A stretch of 64,000 bases of DNA from contig CAWBKB010000003.1 of NCBI GenBank assembly GCA_963789265.1, positions 1,097,988 through 1,161,987 on the forward strand, read 5' to 3'. This stretch comes from an uncultured delta proteobacterium. GTDB taxonomy: Bacteria > Desulfobacterota > Desulfomonilia > Desulfomonilales > Desulfomonilaceae. This document shows, piece after piece, positions 1 through 11,462 of the stretch (position 1 is its first letter; every line of letters begins with the position of its first letter). Both the position numbers and the translations under genes were made by a program. The notes beneath the pieces were generated by a model. The model was not told where the DNA came from. It saw only the letters and a list, made by a program, of their open reading frames with translations, and made no database searches.

Positions 1-182
1 TCACTTTATGGCATAACTATGGAAGAACCTGGCGTGTCAGGTGTAGTTTCGGTTGAATTTGTGAAGTAAATAGGGGCCATGAAAGAAGCCCCATATTAAT
101 GAAGATTAATCAGGTTATGCATTTTTGCGACTGTGAATTTGCCCTTATGTCCGACAAACTTCATAGTCAATCCATTTGCCTC

Positions 183-259
183 CTAATCATTTTCTAACAG
201 AGCGCTCACCATATTCTAAACTTTACGTGACTAATTTCTAATATTGTTCTTACGGCCCC
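183..259 (+). promoter_or_regulatory. Pho-box-like array of 11-bp-periodic direct repeats upstream of pstS
   Basis: Units at 11-bp spacing from 183: ctaatcatttt, ctaacagagcg, ctcaccatatt, ctaaactttac, gtgactaattt, ctaatattgtt, cttacggccct; located upstream of pstS. Confidence 0.6.
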
Positions 260-349
260 TTAATGAATAGGGCTTATCTTTGGAATAATACTTACCAGCA
301 GTTGGTTATCCGGTAAGATATTGAAATGATGTGATGAAAGGAGTTGTCT

Positions 350-1429
350 ATGAAGGCAGGGCGAACTATCATGTCGGGCTCCCTCGTGGTTGCGGCGCTT
401 GTCGCTACTATTTTCCTGCTGGTTCCCGCCGCGGGCTCTATCTGCAACGCAGCGGGTCCGACCGCGATCAGTGGAGCGGGTGCAACTTTTCCATACCCGA
501 TTTATTCGGCGTGGGCCCACGAGTACCAGAAGAAAACGAGCGTTCAATTGAACTATCAGTCCATCGGTTCCGGTGGCGGTATTGCCCAGATCAAGGCAAA
601 AACCGTGAACTTCGGCGCATCGGATGAACCACTAAAGAAGGACGAGCTTGTCAAGCACGGGCTCATACAATGGCCGATGGTAATGGGTGGCGTGGTGCCG
701 GTAACTCATGTTAAAGGAATTGAAAAAGGGAAGCTCAAGCTCACCCCGGAGTTGTTGAGTGAAATTTATCTTGGAAAGATAAAGAAGTGGAATGACGCGA
801 AGATCAAGAAAGTAAATCCTGATCTTAAACTCCCCGATCAGGCTATCGTGGTGGTTCATCGATCCGACGGTTCAGGGACGACCTGGATTTTTACGAGCTA
901 TTTGAGCGCGATATCAAAAGAGTGGAAGGAGAAGGTTGGTGCGGCCAATGCCGTTTCATGGCCCGCCGGTATTGGCGGCAAGGGCAATGAAGGGGTTTCC
1001 GCGTTCGTGCAGCGCACTAACGGTGGCATCGGCTACGTAGAATTTGCGTACGCCTTACAAAACAATCTTGTTTACGCCCAGTTACAGAACAAGGCGGGCA
1101 AGTTTGTCCAGCCGACCATTGACACGTTCAAGTCGGCGGCTGCTAATGCGGATTGGAAGCATGCCCCGATGTATTTTATCTTGCTGGTAAATCAACCGGG
1201 TGAAAACAGTTGGCCGATAGTCGGCGCTACTTACATCCTGTTCTATAAGGAACAGGCCGACGCAGCTAAAACCGAGGCGGTCCTAAAATTCTTTTCTTGG
1301 TGTTATGACAAGGGTGACGAGATGGCGGCAAAGCTTCTCTACATCCCGATGCCGAAAAACGTAGTAGACTTGGTGAAGACCACATGGAAGGACGACATAA
1401 AGTCAGGCGACAAGCCCGTGTGGAAATAG
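350..1429 (+). CDS. pstS: phosphate ABC transporter substrate-binding protein
   Basis: GAGATFPYP, YQSIGSGGG, HRSDGSGTT, GGKGNEGV motifs; signal peptide; AAGGAG RBS before ATG 350. Confidence 0.97.
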   Translation: MKAGRTIMSGSLVVAALVATIFLLVPAAGSICNAAGPTAISGAGATFPYPIYSAWAHEYQKKTSVQLNYQSIGSGGGIAQIKAKTVNFGASDEPLKKDELVKHGLIQWPMVMGGVVPVTHVKGIEKGKLKLTPELLSEIYLGKIKKWNDAKIKKVNPDLKLPDQAIVVVHRSDGSGTTWIFTSYLSAISKEWKEKVGAANAVSWPAGIGGKGNEGVSAFVQRTNGGIGYVEFAYALQNNLVYAQLQNKAGKFVQPTIDTFKSAAANADWKHAPMYFILLVNQPGENSWPIVGATYILFYKEQADAAKTEAVLKFFSWCYDKGDEMAAKLLYIPMPKNVVDLVKTTWKDDIKSGDKPVWK

Positions 1430-1443
1430 TCATCTCATAACCC

Positions 1444-1477
1444 GAAATCGAGGGGCACCTAATCTCCCCTCGATTTC
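1444..1477 (+). terminator. 12-bp hairpin between pstS and pstC (mRNA-stabilising or partial terminator)
   Basis: gaaatcgagggg / cccctcgatttc perfect inverted repeat; no U-tract. Confidence 0.6.
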
Positions 1478-1505
1478 AGCATACAGCGACACGGACAAAA
1501 AACGG

Positions 1506-2444
1506 ATGGGTCCTCAAAAAAATAGAGTTCATAATACCGGCGACACTGTGTTTCAGCTAGCCGCTGCAGCGGGTGCCGCTGCTCTCGTATTACTTATGCT
1601 GGCCCTTCTGGTGCAACTCATTCGTGCAAGCGACTTGTCACTGCACCATTTCGGGTTCGGATTTCTCACGTCCGACGCATGGAACCCGGTCACCAAGGAC
1701 TTCGGGGCTGCTAGTAGCATCTTTGGCACCCTCGTTTCTACTGCGATCGCGATGATACTTGCGTTGCCAATAAGTCTCTTCATCGCACTGTTCCTTGCGG
1801 AGCTTGCTCCGCCCGTCATAAGCAAGCCGGTGGGGTATGCTATCGAACTCTTGGCGGCAATACCCAGCATAATTTACGGCATGTGGGGCCTGTTCGTTTT
1901 TGCTCCCTTCATGGCGGACCACGTGCAGCCGTTATTAGGGAAGTACGCGGGATTTTTGCCTCTCTTTCAAGGACCGCCCATGGGCATCGGCATGCTTACC
2001 GCCGGAATTATACTCGCACTCATGATTCTACCCTTTATCAGCGCTGTGATGAGAGACGTCTTTACTATGGTTCCCAAGGTGGTCAAAGAAGCAGGTTATG
2101 GGATTGGGAGCAGCACATGGGAAGTGACCCGCCACGTGACCATCCCGTATGGGTTCTCAGGGATGGTCGGTGCCTCGTTTTTGGGGCTGGGCAGAGCGAT
2201 CGGCGAAACCATGGCCGTGACTTTTGTCATAGGCAATATGCATAGTTTTTCAGCTTCCCTATTTTCCGCAGGCAACACCATAGCCTCAACCATGGCCAAC
2301 GAGTTTACAGAGGCGTCCTATCCACTTTATTTGAGTAGCCTTGTCGAGCTTGGTCTCATATTGTTCGCTATAACTCTGGTGATACAGATCCTTGCTCAGT
2401 TGTGGCTCAAACAGATTCGTGGTTCGATTGGAGTAGGCATTTGA
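1506..2444 (+). CDS. pstC: phosphate ABC transporter permease PstC
   Basis: ELLAAIPSIIYGMWG, GRAIGETMAV motifs. Confidence 0.97.
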   Translation: MGPQKNRVHNTGDTVFQLAAAAGAAALVLLMLALLVQLIRASDLSLHHFGFGFLTSDAWNPVTKDFGAASSIFGTLVSTAIAMILALPISLFIALFLAELAPPVISKPVGYAIELLAAIPSIIYGMWGLFVFAPFMADHVQPLLGKYAGFLPLFQGPPMGIGMLTAGIILALMILPFISAVMRDVFTMVPKVVKEAGYGIGSSTWEVTRHVTIPYGFSGMVGASFLGLGRAIGETMAVTFVIGNMHSFSASLFSAGNTIASTMANEFTEASYPLYLSSLVELGLILFAITLVIQILAQLWLKQIRGSIGVGI

Positions 2445-3286
2445 CTCGTCGCTCTTCCGGAATGCGGAATTTTGTGAATTTTTCAGCCAAGGTTGTCGCG
2501 ACCTTGTGTGCGGTTCTCGGCATTGTCTTTCTGAGTTGGGTTCTCATCGAAGTTATTCAAAACGGCTTTCACGCGCTTAACTGGTCTTTTTTCACGCAAC
2601 TGCCCCCTCCGCCGGGAAGCGAGACGGGGGGACTGGCCAACGCCATCTTAGGGACATTGGAACTCACCGGCCTTGCCACCCTCCTCGCGGTGCCTCTTGG
2701 GCTACTAGCGGGAATATATTTGTCCGAGTTCGGACAGAAATCTATGTTGGGAGCCACCGCACGCTTTGTTACCAATTGCTTGATTGGGATTCCGTCGATC
2801 ATAGTCGGACTTTTCGTGTATGCCTCGATGGTAGTACCGATGGGCAAATTCTCCGGATACGCTGGCGCAGTATCATTGGCCGTTATAATGTTCCCGGTCG
2901 TTGTCGGCACCTCGGAAGCCATGCTCAACCTGGTGCCGAACGAATTACGCGAATCGGCCATCGCTATTGGTGCACCCAGATGGAAGATAACTCTCCAGGT
3001 GGTTTTCGCTGCGGCAAAGGCCGGCATTGTTACCGGCATAATTCTTTCTGTAGCCAGAGTGAGCGGGGAAACCGCACCGCTATTGTTCACCGCTCTTAAT
3101 AGTCCGTACTGGCCGAGCCAGTTTGCCGCACCCACTGCAAACCTGACCGTAACCATTTTCAATTACGCGATGTCGCCTTATGCATACTGGCAGCAGCTTG
3201 CATGGGGAGCCTCACTTTTGATCATGATGGCGGTCCTGGCACTGACGATAGCTGCCCGTACGGCTTTCAGGGAGTCCCTACGATGA
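2441..3286 (+). CDS. pstA: phosphate ABC transporter permease PstA
   Basis: [26 protein letters not shown] start overlapping pstC stop with GGAG RBS (start uncertain). Confidence 0.95.
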   Translation: MTRRSSGMRNFVNFSAKVVATLCAVLGIVFLSWVLIEVIQNGFHALNWSFFTQLPPPPGSETGGLANAILGTLELTGLATLLAVPLGLLAGIYLSEFGQKSMLGATARFVTNCLIGIPSIIVGLFVYASMVVPMGKFSGYAGAVSLAVIMFPVVVGTSEAMLNLVPNELRESAIAIGAPRWKITLQVVFAAAKAGIVTGIILSVARVSGETAPLLFTALNSPYWPSQFAAPTANLTVTIFNYAMSPYAYWQQLAWGASLLIMMAVLALTIAARTAFRESLR

Positions 3287-4122
3287 AGAAAACCCCGGCT
3301 TTCTCTTATCTCGCGGAGCCGCAACCGGTCGAGGAAATGCCAAAATCACAAGACACGCCTTTGGAAGCGGAGATCAAGGTTTCGGTTAGAAACCTCGATT
3401 TCTACTATGGCAATCATCAAGCCCTCCACTCAAATGATCTGGATATTATCTCCAATAAGGTGACGGCGATAATTGGGCCCTCGGGATGCGGCAAATCCAC
3501 CCACATACGAGTCTATAACAGGATTTACGAACTCTACCGCGATCAAAGAGCCTCCGGAGAGATTCTTATGGACGGCATGAACATCTTGTCCCCTTCCGTC
3601 AACATCCTTGAATTGCGACGAAAAGTCGGCATGATCTTCCAGAAGCCCACGCCGTTCCCAATGACAGTGTTCGAGAACATAGCTTGGGGCTTGAAGCTGC
3701 ATTATAAGATGTCCAGCCGCGACCTTTCGGAACGGGTCGAACAGGCTTTGGAAGGGGCAGCGCTCCTGGATGAAGTGAAGGACAAGCTCCACTCTCCCGG
3801 GACTGCGCTCTCCGGCGGTCAGCAACAACGACTTTGCATAGCCAGGGCCATTGCTGTACAACCTGAGGTGTTGTTGATGGATGAGCCCACTTCCGCTATC
3901 GACCCAAGGGCTACCGATAAAATAGAAGAGTTGGTCGAATCCCTGAAGGACAATTTCACCATTGTCATCGTTACTCATAACATGCAGCAAGCGGCCCGTA
4001 TCTCAGACTATACCGCCTTCTTTTTTGAGGGCCGGATAATCGAAGTCGGCTCCACGAGTCAAGTGTTCACAAACCCTAAAAACCAGCAGACGGAAGGCTA
4101 CATAACGGGCCGATTTGGCTAA
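3283..4122 (+). CDS. pstB: phosphate ABC transporter ATPase PstB
   Basis: [49 protein letters not shown]. Confidence 0.97.
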   Translation: MKKTPAFSYLAEPQPVEEMPKSQDTPLEAEIKVSVRNLDFYYGNHQALHSNDLDIISNKVTAIIGPSGCGKSTHIRVYNRIYELYRDQRASGEILMDGMNILSPSVNILELRRKVGMIFQKPTPFPMTVFENIAWGLKLHYKMSSRDLSERVEQALEGAALLDEVKDKLHSPGTALSGGQQQRLCIARAIAVQPEVLLMDEPTSAIDPRATDKIEELVESLKDNFTIVIVTHNMQQAARISDYTAFFFEGRIIEVGSTSQVFTNPKNQQTEGYITGRFG

Positions 4123-4480
4123 GGGTATGGTTCCGGGCTTGGGCAGTGCCGCAATTGTTTGGTCCGGATCCCGCTCCCAGGGCTCAGACACTGCTCCTTC
4201 TAGGGCGTTGACCCGTTTGCGATAATTTGAAACAGCGAAGACCTCTTCTTCTGCAATCCGCTGATAGCACACGTATCTCTGCGCTTCTTGCCGCGTCTTG
4301 TTCCTGCCGGTATTCCACATCAAGTTGTGAATGAGGTTTCCTAATGCGGGATGGGCCCAAGCAGGCTGTCCCGCGTGCATATTTTTTCAGTTGCTCTTGA
4401 CAAATTTATCATTAAAAGGTATTACTTGCGACGTTTTCTTAAAGTAATTTACATGATCGACAGCGCGTCGACCACGGATA

Positions 4481-5227
4481 ATGAAAAAACTTCTCGTCAC
4501 TGCTTGGCTCACGGCTCTCTGTTTTCTCCTCCTCGGGAACGTCCATGCATGGGAAGTGCCTGCCTTCCTGAGACTGAGCGCGGGTACTAGAATGTGGTTC
4601 TCGGTGCTTCAAGGAGATCTCATACAGAGCGACAAAACCAAATTGGACATTATCGACAATGTTGGAGTAGATAGTAATAAGCTTGTGTGGGAATTCTTTG
4701 CGAATTTCAGAATAGATAATATACACGTGTTCAGGTTCCGCTGCGAACCGAACACCCTTTATAGCTCCGGAAACGCCTCTTTTCAAAAAATACGTTATTT
4801 TCAAATGGGTTATGATTGTGATTTCTACATGACCCCGCAGACCCTCTTCGGGGCCAATTGCGACCTTGGAATCTGGGACATGGAAACCAGAGTCAATGAC
4901 GTCACTGTTGCCAATTCGTTTTTTAATTACAGTGAAAACCAGAATCGCACGATACCTACTCTCGGCCTGCACGGAAGTTTCTACCCCATAATAGAAGGAA
5001 TCTCTCTACGCCCGTGCGTGTCCGGCAGGGCTGACTGGTGGAATTACAACAATCTTGAGACGTGGGATTGGGAGGTCAGCGGTGCAGTGGACATCCCGGT
5101 AAATAGTCTTTGGACTTGGACTATTAACTCCGGGTACAAAATGTGGCATATCAAATCCAAACGGGACCGCGACACAATTGACATAAATCGGAGCGGCTTC
5201 TTTATCGAAACATCGGTTCTATTTTAG
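4481..5227 (+). CDS. hypothetical exported protein, probable outer-membrane beta-barrel
   Basis: Signal peptide (VHA cleavage), aromatic-rich alternating strands, C-terminal Phe (FFIETSVLF). Confidence 0.65.
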   Translation: MKKLLVTAWLTALCFLLLGNVHAWEVPAFLRLSAGTRMWFSVLQGDLIQSDKTKLDIIDNVGVDSNKLVWEFFANFRIDNIHVFRFRCEPNTLYSSGNASFQKIRYFQMGYDCDFYMTPQTLFGANCDLGIWDMETRVNDVTVANSFFNYSENQNRTIPTLGLHGSFYPIIEGISLRPCVSGRADWWNYNNLETWDWEVSGAVDIPVNSLWTWTINSGYKMWHIKSKRDRDTIDINRSGFFIETSVLF

Positions 5228-5377
5228 ATGTCAACTCAATATTTATGGCCTTGCCCTATGCCCGCGTCGGCCACCTTATGGATTATTGCAACCGAAAGTG
5301 AATTTGGCTGAAGGTACCGCAGTGCCACCAGGGCCTTTGCTCCAAAATCTTGCCGGTTCGGCCGGGACTATGTCTGT

Positions 5378-6169
5378 CTAGCACGCGCCTGCCATTAACT
5401 TGCCCTCCAGCACTTCCGTAAGCCTGCCGAGGATCTCGCTCGCGCTTCCCAATAGCAAAATGTCGCTAACCTGTTCGTACATTGCCGATGGTTCCCGGTT
5501 TATCTCAACAACCGTTGCCGGAGGATATTTTAGTTTGACGGACAGCGGAATCTGCGCGGCGGGGAACACTTGTAGGGAGGTCCCAATCACCAGGAGCAGG
5601 TCACATTTTTGTGATTGGACCTGAGAAATCATAAGCGCCTTGGATGGAATGGCTTCCCCAAAGAAAATTGCGTCGGGCTTGAGCAATCCTCCGCATTTTT
5701 GGCACCTCGGGGCTCCGTCCGGAGCGCCGGCGAATCGGGCCTCCACTTCTCCTATGGGCTCCAGGGCCCGACATTTCATACATGCAGCCCGCAATAGATT
5801 TCCATGAAATTCAATTACGTCAACGGAGCCTGCTCTCTGGTGAAGGTTATCCACGTTTTGAGTGATAATGCACTTCAGCATTCCCATTTGCTCCAGTCGA
5901 GACAGAGCGAAGTGAGCCGGATTAGGGTTTGCCGAGGCTAAGTCGAAGTCACCGGATTCCTTTAACTTCAAGTGAAGTCGCCAGAATCGCGCCGGATTTT
6001 GGAGAAAGCGGTCGATCGAAAATTCGCCCGGATCGACCCGGGTCCAAAGCCCGCCCGGGCTTCGGAAATCCGGGATGCCGGATTCAGTACTAATTCCGGC
6101 ACCGGTCAACGCCACTGCGTTTTTGGCGCGCACTATGCTCTGTGCAACTTTTTCTATGAGGTCTTCCAT
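5378..6169 (-). CDS. cobB: NAD-dependent protein deacylase (sirtuin)
   Basis: GAGISTESGIPDFRS, TQNVDNLH, HG, two CxxC, GTSL, EIN motifs. Confidence 0.95.
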   Translation of the reverse strand: MEDLIEKVAQSIVRAKNAVALTGAGISTESGIPDFRSPGGLWTRVDPGEFSIDRFLQNPARFWRLHLKLKESGDFDLASANPNPAHFALSRLEQMGMLKCIITQNVDNLHQRAGSVDVIEFHGNLLRAACMKCRALEPIGEVEARFAGAPDGAPRCQKCGGLLKPDAIFFGEAIPSKALMISQVQSQKCDLLLVIGTSLQVFPAAQIPLSVKLKYPPATVVEINREPSAMYEQVSDILLLGSASEILGRLTEVLEGKLMAGAC

Positions 6170-6568
6170 GCACTCTCCTCACTTTTCCTCATATTATAAG
6201 GGGCCGGGCAATGACGCAACGGATTTCTCGGAGGGGAATGAATTTCAGGCGACAATCCCCACGCCGGGCGACCTTTCAATCAGAGAGCGAATTTGTACAA
6301 AGCAATATCAGCCCCAATATTTAAGACTTTCATCGGACAATATGTGTCAATGAGCCATCAACCGCTTCAACTTGCTATTGATGAGCCCGCGGCGTACCGG
6401 GAGATCTTTTATGGGGCAAAAATTTCGTCGGCCTTCGGCGCGCATCCCGTCTACCGCTGCTCTGGTTTGCTCTTGACACAAGGAAGAGATAGATACTATG
6501 GTTAAATAGAATCATCAATTTTGCGATTCTTTAGCTTTGAAGCACGCATCTTTGACACAGGGACGAAC

Positions 6569-7177
6569 ATGGACGAAGACCGACAAACAATAGCAGAGGT
6601 CCTCGCCGGAGACTACGATGCTTTCGAGCGCCTGGTGACGAAATATGAAGGTAGGATTTATCGTCATTTGAGAAAGATTGTTAAGGATAACCATCAGGCA
6701 CAAGATTTATTGCAAGAGACTTTCTTGAACGCCTATAAGGGCTTGAAAGGCTTCAGCGGCACGTCATCCTTTTCCACATGGCTGTTCAGGATAGCAACGA
6801 ATAATGCTTTGATGCTTCTCAGGAAGAATAAGCCGGAACTCATTGAATATGACGATCAGCTTAAAAGCCCTATCGACTCCTCCTCTGGTCCGGGTTCCGC
6901 TGAGTTCGCTAGTTCGCCTCTGGATCTTCTTCTTTCGAAAGAGGGCTGCAAGAAGATCGAAGAAGCCATTGACGATCTTCCCGTGTTATATCGTTCCGTA
7001 ATTGTTCTTAGAGATGTCGAGGGTTTTTCGCTCAAGGAAGTTTCCGAGATAATGGATTCTTCAGTGGCGGCGGTAAAATCGCGTCTTCACCGGGCCCGGA
7101 ATTCTGTCCGCCTGGCTTTAAATTCCTATTACATGGAAGAAGAGGTCTCTTCCGGCACGCGTAGGGCATCGAGATAG
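6569..7177 (+). CDS. ECF RNA polymerase sigma factor
   Basis: DLLQETFL, FSTWLFRIATN, VKSRLHRAR region 2/4 motifs. Confidence 0.95.
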   Translation: MDEDRQTIAEVLAGDYDAFERLVTKYEGRIYRHLRKIVKDNHQAQDLLQETFLNAYKGLKGFSGTSSFSTWLFRIATNNALMLLRKNKPELIEYDDQLKSPIDSSSGPGSAEFASSPLDLLLSKEGCKKIEEAIDDLPVLYRSVIVLRDVEGFSLKEVSEIMDSSVAAVKSRLHRARNSVRLALNSYYMEEEVSSGTRRASR

Positions 7178-7180
7178 AAA

Positions 7181-7423
7181 ATGAAAACTTGCGAAGATTA
7201 TTGCGATCATTTGTCTGATTTCCTGGACGGTGACATTGGGGAAGATGAGTGTAGGTGCATCGAAGAGCACTTAGCGCTGTGTGAGCCATGCTCCCTGGTA
7301 TACCAGTCGCTTCGAGCCACCGTAAATCTATGCGCCAGGGGTGTTTCGGAGGATATCCCGGAAGATGTTCGGACCAAACTGAAAATGTTTCTGAGAGAGC
7401 ATTGCGGGAGAGAGCAAATTTAA
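7181..7423 (+). CDS. zinc-binding anti-sigma factor (zf-HC2/ZAS), soluble
   Basis: HLALCEPC = HxxxCxxC, extra Cys, no TM helix, directly follows ECF sigma. Confidence 0.9.
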   Translation: MKTCEDYCDHLSDFLDGDIGEDECRCIEEHLALCEPCSLVYQSLRATVNLCARGVSEDIPEDVRTKLKMFLREHCGREQI

Positions 7424-7443
7424 GCTTTTGAGAGGAGTGTATA

Positions 7444-7776
7444 ATGTCTGAAAATGAGAACCTTTACCATGTGACTGATGGAGATTTCGACCAACAGATC
7501 CTTCAGTCGGATATACCCGCACTGGTGGACTTCTGGGCCGCGTGGTGCGGCCCCTGCCGGACCGTGGGTCCTATCGTGGAAGAACTCGCGGACGAATATA
7601 AAGGGAAGGTCAAAGTCGCCAAGCTGGATGTCGACAATAATAAACAGGTTGCGAGCAAGTACGGAGTCAGGGGCATCCCAACTTTAATGCTGTTCAAAGA
7701 TGGACAAGTAGTTGACCAGATTGTCGGCGCGGTTCCCAAAAGCCGTATAAAGGAGCTGCTAGACAAGGCCTCTTAG
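7444..7776 (+). CDS. trxA: thioredoxin
   Basis: [15 protein letters not shown]. Confidence 0.98.
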   Translation: MSENENLYHVTDGDFDQQILQSDIPALVDFWAAWCGPCRTVGPIVEELADEYKGKVKVAKLDVDNNKQVASKYGVRGIPTLMLFKDGQVVDQIVGAVPKSRIKELLDKAS

Positions 7777-7777
7777 C

Positions 7778-8698
7778 ATGAAGAAAGATCTTCTTATTTT
7801 GGGAGGCGGGCCGGCAGGCCTGACGGCCGGTCTGTATGCAGCTAGAGCTCGCGTCCCTGTTGCCGTCCTTGAAAAGGGCTTGCCTGGGGGGCAACTAACC
7901 GCGACGGAGACTGTGGACAACTACCCTGGCTTCAGCGAACCGGTTCTGGGCTTTGAGTTGGCCCAAAGAATGGAAGCCCAAGCGAAGAGGTTCGGTGTGG
8001 AAATTGTCCAGACCGAAGTGAAACGGGTTACGCCAATAGATAAAGGCTTTTCAGTAAGTACGGACGCAGGGGAGGATTTCGCATGCCAAGTGTTGATATT
8101 GGCCACAGGAGCGGCGCCGGTTAAGCTAGGCATTCCCGGAGAATTGAAGTTGGCGGGCAGAGGAGTGAGCTACTGCGCGGTTTGTGACGGCCCTTTCTTC
8201 AGAGATCTTGAAGTCGCCGTTGTGGGAGGCGGCGATTCGGCAGTGGAGGAAGCTTGCTATCTCACGAGGTTCGCTTCGAAGGTTCATCTTATCCACAGGC
8301 GTGACCAATTACGAGCAGTAAGAGAAATTCAGGAAAAGGCGTTTACCCAGCCCAAAGTCATGATTCACTGGAACACGGTTCCCGTTGAGATTCTAGGTGA
8401 CCATGAGGTACAAGGGTTGCGCGTTCGTTCAGTGCATGACGCGTCTGAAAAAGTGCTGCCGGTGGGCGGGATTTTCTTCTATGTGGGCTTGAATCCCAAT
8501 TCGGAAGGATTCCGCAATCTCGTCGACGCAGACGAGAGAGGATTCATTACTACGGACAGTAGCATGGCCTGCTCCAGGCCGGGCGTCTTCGCAGCCGGAG
8601 ACATACGGGCCAAAATCCTCCGTCAGATTTCCACCGCAGTTGGGGATGGCGCCACAGCCGCGTACAGCGCACAACAGTATCTCGAGAGCATGAGCTGA
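7778..8698 (+). CDS. trxB: thioredoxin-disulfide reductase
   Basis: GGGPAG, GVSYCAVCDG, GGGDSAVEEA, HRRD, GVFAAGD. Confidence 0.97.
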   Translation: MKKDLLILGGGPAGLTAGLYAARARVPVAVLEKGLPGGQLTATETVDNYPGFSEPVLGFELAQRMEAQAKRFGVEIVQTEVKRVTPIDKGFSVSTDAGEDFACQVLILATGAAPVKLGIPGELKLAGRGVSYCAVCDGPFFRDLEVAVVGGGDSAVEEACYLTRFASKVHLIHRRDQLRAVREIQEKAFTQPKVMIHWNTVPVEILGDHEVQGLRVRSVHDASEKVLPVGGIFFYVGLNPNSEGFRNLVDADERGFITTDSSMACSRPGVFAAGDIRAKILRQISTAVGDGATAAYSAQQYLESMS

Positions 8699-8773
8699 TC
8701 ACGACAAACCCGTTTTCGATTTGTCGCAAGCGGCCAAATTTGTGCGGTACCCCTCCGGTTCGATCTTCGGGAA

Positions 8774-9232
8774 TCAGCGCGGCGGCCCTGTATACCAAAA
8801 AGGATTCGGATCGAAGTAATCCTGATCCCCGAAAGCGCGGCAACGAGTTCCGTATTCCGGGTCCATCGTTGGGCCGTATTCCGGCTTCCAGAATGTGGCA
8901 ATCTCGAGGGCGCCTAATGTCATTCTTTTGAGCCCGTACACAAGACCCGAGGCTGTTCCGGCAATCATGCCATTAAGGGAACCTGCTATATTCCCCCAGC
9001 AACCACTCTCGTACGATCCTACATAGGCTCCATTAATAGCGCTGTTCGCGAAGTGTGTAGCGAGTTCATGGGGACCTGATATAAGATCTACGAAGCCTCG
9101 CCCAAGTTTCCAAGCGGGGAGGCACCTGTCGAAGTTGTTGAGATCGTCAAAATCCGTCTCAAACGCAAATGACCAGCAACTAATTCCGATTAACAGAACC
9201 ATTGCCACGGCCAAGATTAGGAACTTCTTCAT
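8774..9232 (-). CDS. exported/membrane protein resembling exosortase system-associated TIGR04073 family
   Basis: Signal peptide; KLGRG...Gly-rich helix...R..G..E..TF pattern recalled from that family. Confidence 0.5.
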   Translation of the reverse strand: MKKFLILAVAMVLLIGISCWSFAFETDFDDLNNFDRCLPAWKLGRGFVDLISGPHELATHFANSAINGAYVGSYESGCWGNIAGSLNGMIAGTASGLVYGLKRMTLGALEIATFWKPEYGPTMDPEYGTRCRAFGDQDYFDPNPFWYTGPPR

Positions 9233-9760
9233 CTCATCCTCCGTGGTCCGAATGCCCGCCGCGCTGTCGAACATTCAGATTTGTGTCTGTCCCATGATAT
9301 TTGTCCATGTCAGAGCATTCACGGGAATTGATTCACGTGGCTATATTATCATAATAGATTGCAAAAAACAATAAAATTACCTATTATTACACCGGGATGT
9401 GGAACATCTATATAAATAACTTTCACTATTGGGCAGGCTTGCCTCCTTTGATCCAGCGAGGTATCATCGGTTGCGGAACGTTTTTCCCGGGGATCGCGGT
9501 CGGCCCACACGAGGATCACGATGAAAAGATGGTTGCTGGTTGCCCTGACTCTGCTTATGCTTTCCAGTTGCTCTTGGGACAATTTTTTGAAAAGCATTAA
9601 GGATATGGATTGGGAGCGCGATGACCAAACTGTCCGCATCACGGACATATTCATAAGATAAAGATGCTGAGTTGGGGTATGACCGAAGCTCTAGGATTTT
9701 AGTTTCTTGAGCCTACAAGCGTTATTTCAACCCGACAAGCCGACTCACTCGGAGGCTGAA

Positions 9761-10156
9761 ATGGTGGAGATCAAGGTGGACAGAGACGTATTGGAGGCTA
9801 ATTCTACCGAAGAGATAATCAGAATACTCCGAGAGGAGAGAGACGATTACACTCCCGAGGCAATAAAGATTTTCGAGGAAATCCTTCGGGAAAGGCGAGG
9901 GCCGGAGATAAATCGAGAAAGCAGCGAACCCGATCCTGCAATACCTGACCGCATTTCTCCTGTTTATGCTGCTCCACGGGAGCCCTTGATTCGCAGGCCG
10001 GCAGATGCTGTGCGCGTTCTAAACGACCTACTCAGCGGCGTCTTGAATGGAAGCACAGAGCCACAGGTGGCGCAGGTTGCCTCCGGTATCGTGATGGGTA
10101 TCCTCCATGCCATCGAGCAGGAGTTAATGACCGAAAGTGAGGAGACCCCCGGATGA
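9761..10156 (+). CDS. hypothetical protein
   Basis: GGAGG RBS, stop overlaps hisI start (ATGA). Confidence 0.7.
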   Translation: MVEIKVDRDVLEANSTEEIIRILREERDDYTPEAIKIFEEILRERRGPEINRESSEPDPAIPDRISPVYAAPREPLIRRPADAVRVLNDLLSGVLNGSTEPQVAQVASGIVMGILHAIEQELMTESEETPG

Positions 10157-10524
10157 AGCCGCTAGCAGGAAACGATCAACCGGAGGTTGATTTTGAAAAA
10201 GGCAATGGGCTCGTTCCGGCCATAGCTCAGGATGTTCGTACCGGTAAAGTCCTTATGATGGCTTACATGAATAAGGAAGCGCTGGAGACGACTTTGAAGG
10301 AAGGTAGGGCATGCTACTGGAGCCGTTCTCGGAAAGAACTGTGGCGCAAGGGAGCGACTTCGGGAGACGTCCAGATCGTCAAGGAGGTACTGGTAGACTG
10401 CGATCAGGATACCATACTACTCTTGGTAGAACAGCAAGGAAGAGGGGCTTGCCACACCCGAAAATGGAGCTGCTTCTTCCGCCGCCTTACCCCGCAAGGA
10501 GAGATTCTGGATATAGATGAATAA
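10153..10524 (+). CDS. hisI: phosphoribosyl-AMP cyclohydrolase
   Basis: [24 protein letters not shown]. Confidence 0.97.
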   Translation: MKPLAGNDQPEVDFEKGNGLVPAIAQDVRTGKVLMMAYMNKEALETTLKEGRACYWSRSRKELWRKGATSGDVQIVKEVLVDCDQDTILLLVEQQGRGACHTRKWSCFFRRLTPQGEILDIDE

Positions 10525-11395
10525 AGAAGCACTCAAGCTGGTAATACCAAAAGGCAGCCTCGAACAGGCCACCATAGACCTGTTTCGCAGAGCAGGATGG
10601 AACATCAACGTTTCCCCTCGCAGCTATTTTCCCACTGTTGACGACGATGAAATCATAATGGCACGTTTGAGAGCCCAGGAAATATCTCGCTATGTCGAAG
10701 CCGGCACGTTTGACGTCGGTTTGACAGGAAGAGACTGGATACTTGAGAACGAATCAGACGTGATGGTCATTGACGATTTAGTTTACTCTAAAGTCTCGCA
10801 AAATTCGGCACGTTGGGTGCTGGCTGTGGACGCGGAATCCGACTACAACGTGCCTGAAGACCTTGATGGAAAACGTATCGCCACCGAACTGGTGAGGTTT
10901 ACAAAAAAGTTCTTCTCGGAGCGAGGCGTGAATGTTGAGGTCGAGTTTTCATGGGGAAGTACTGAGGCTAAGGTCAATGAAGGAGTTGTGGATGCAATTG
11001 TGGACGTCACCGAGACCGGCAGCACGCTGAGAGCAAACGGACTGAGGATCATTCACAACCTGCTTACCACCAATACTCAATTCATTGCAAACCGAAGAGC
11101 GTTTAAGAATCCCTTCAAGAGAGAGAAGATCGAGCAGATTCACCTCTTGCTGCAAGCCGCTCTTGAGGCGCGTAAAATGGTGGGCCTCAAGATGAACGTT
11201 CCACGGGACAATTTGGACAAGGTAGTGGGCCTTCTCCCATCCTTAAATGCCCCTACTGTGGCCGGGCTTTACAAATCGGATTGGTTTTCGGTCGAGTCGG
11301 TAGTATCTGAAGAAGTCGTGCGCTCCCTCATTCCGAAGTTGTTGAAGGCCGGAGCTACGGGCATCGTCGAGTATTCCCTCAACAAGGTGATTTGA
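10517..11395 (+). CDS. hisG: ATP phosphoribosyltransferase (long form)
   Basis: [33 protein letters not shown]-terminal regulatory domain. Confidence 0.97.
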   Translation: MNKEALKLVIPKGSLEQATIDLFRRAGWNINVSPRSYFPTVDDDEIIMARLRAQEISRYVEAGTFDVGLTGRDWILENESDVMVIDDLVYSKVSQNSARWVLAVDAESDYNVPEDLDGKRIATELVRFTKKFFSERGVNVEVEFSWGSTEAKVNEGVVDAIVDVTETGSTLRANGLRIIHNLLTTNTQFIANRRAFKNPFKREKIEQIHLLLQAALEARKMVGLKMNVPRDNLDKVVGLLPSLNAPTVAGLYKSDWFSVESVVSEEVVRSLIPKLLKAGATGIVEYSLNKVI

Positions 11396-11462
11396 GCATT
11401 CTGTGAACCTACACCTCGATACAGCCATGCTGCATGCTCTGCCCAGGTTCTAAGCGCGGTTT

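Noticed and set aside
9240..9750. ORFs 9349-9654 (-) and 9397-9600 (+)
   Set aside because: No RBS or motif support; likely divergent promoter region
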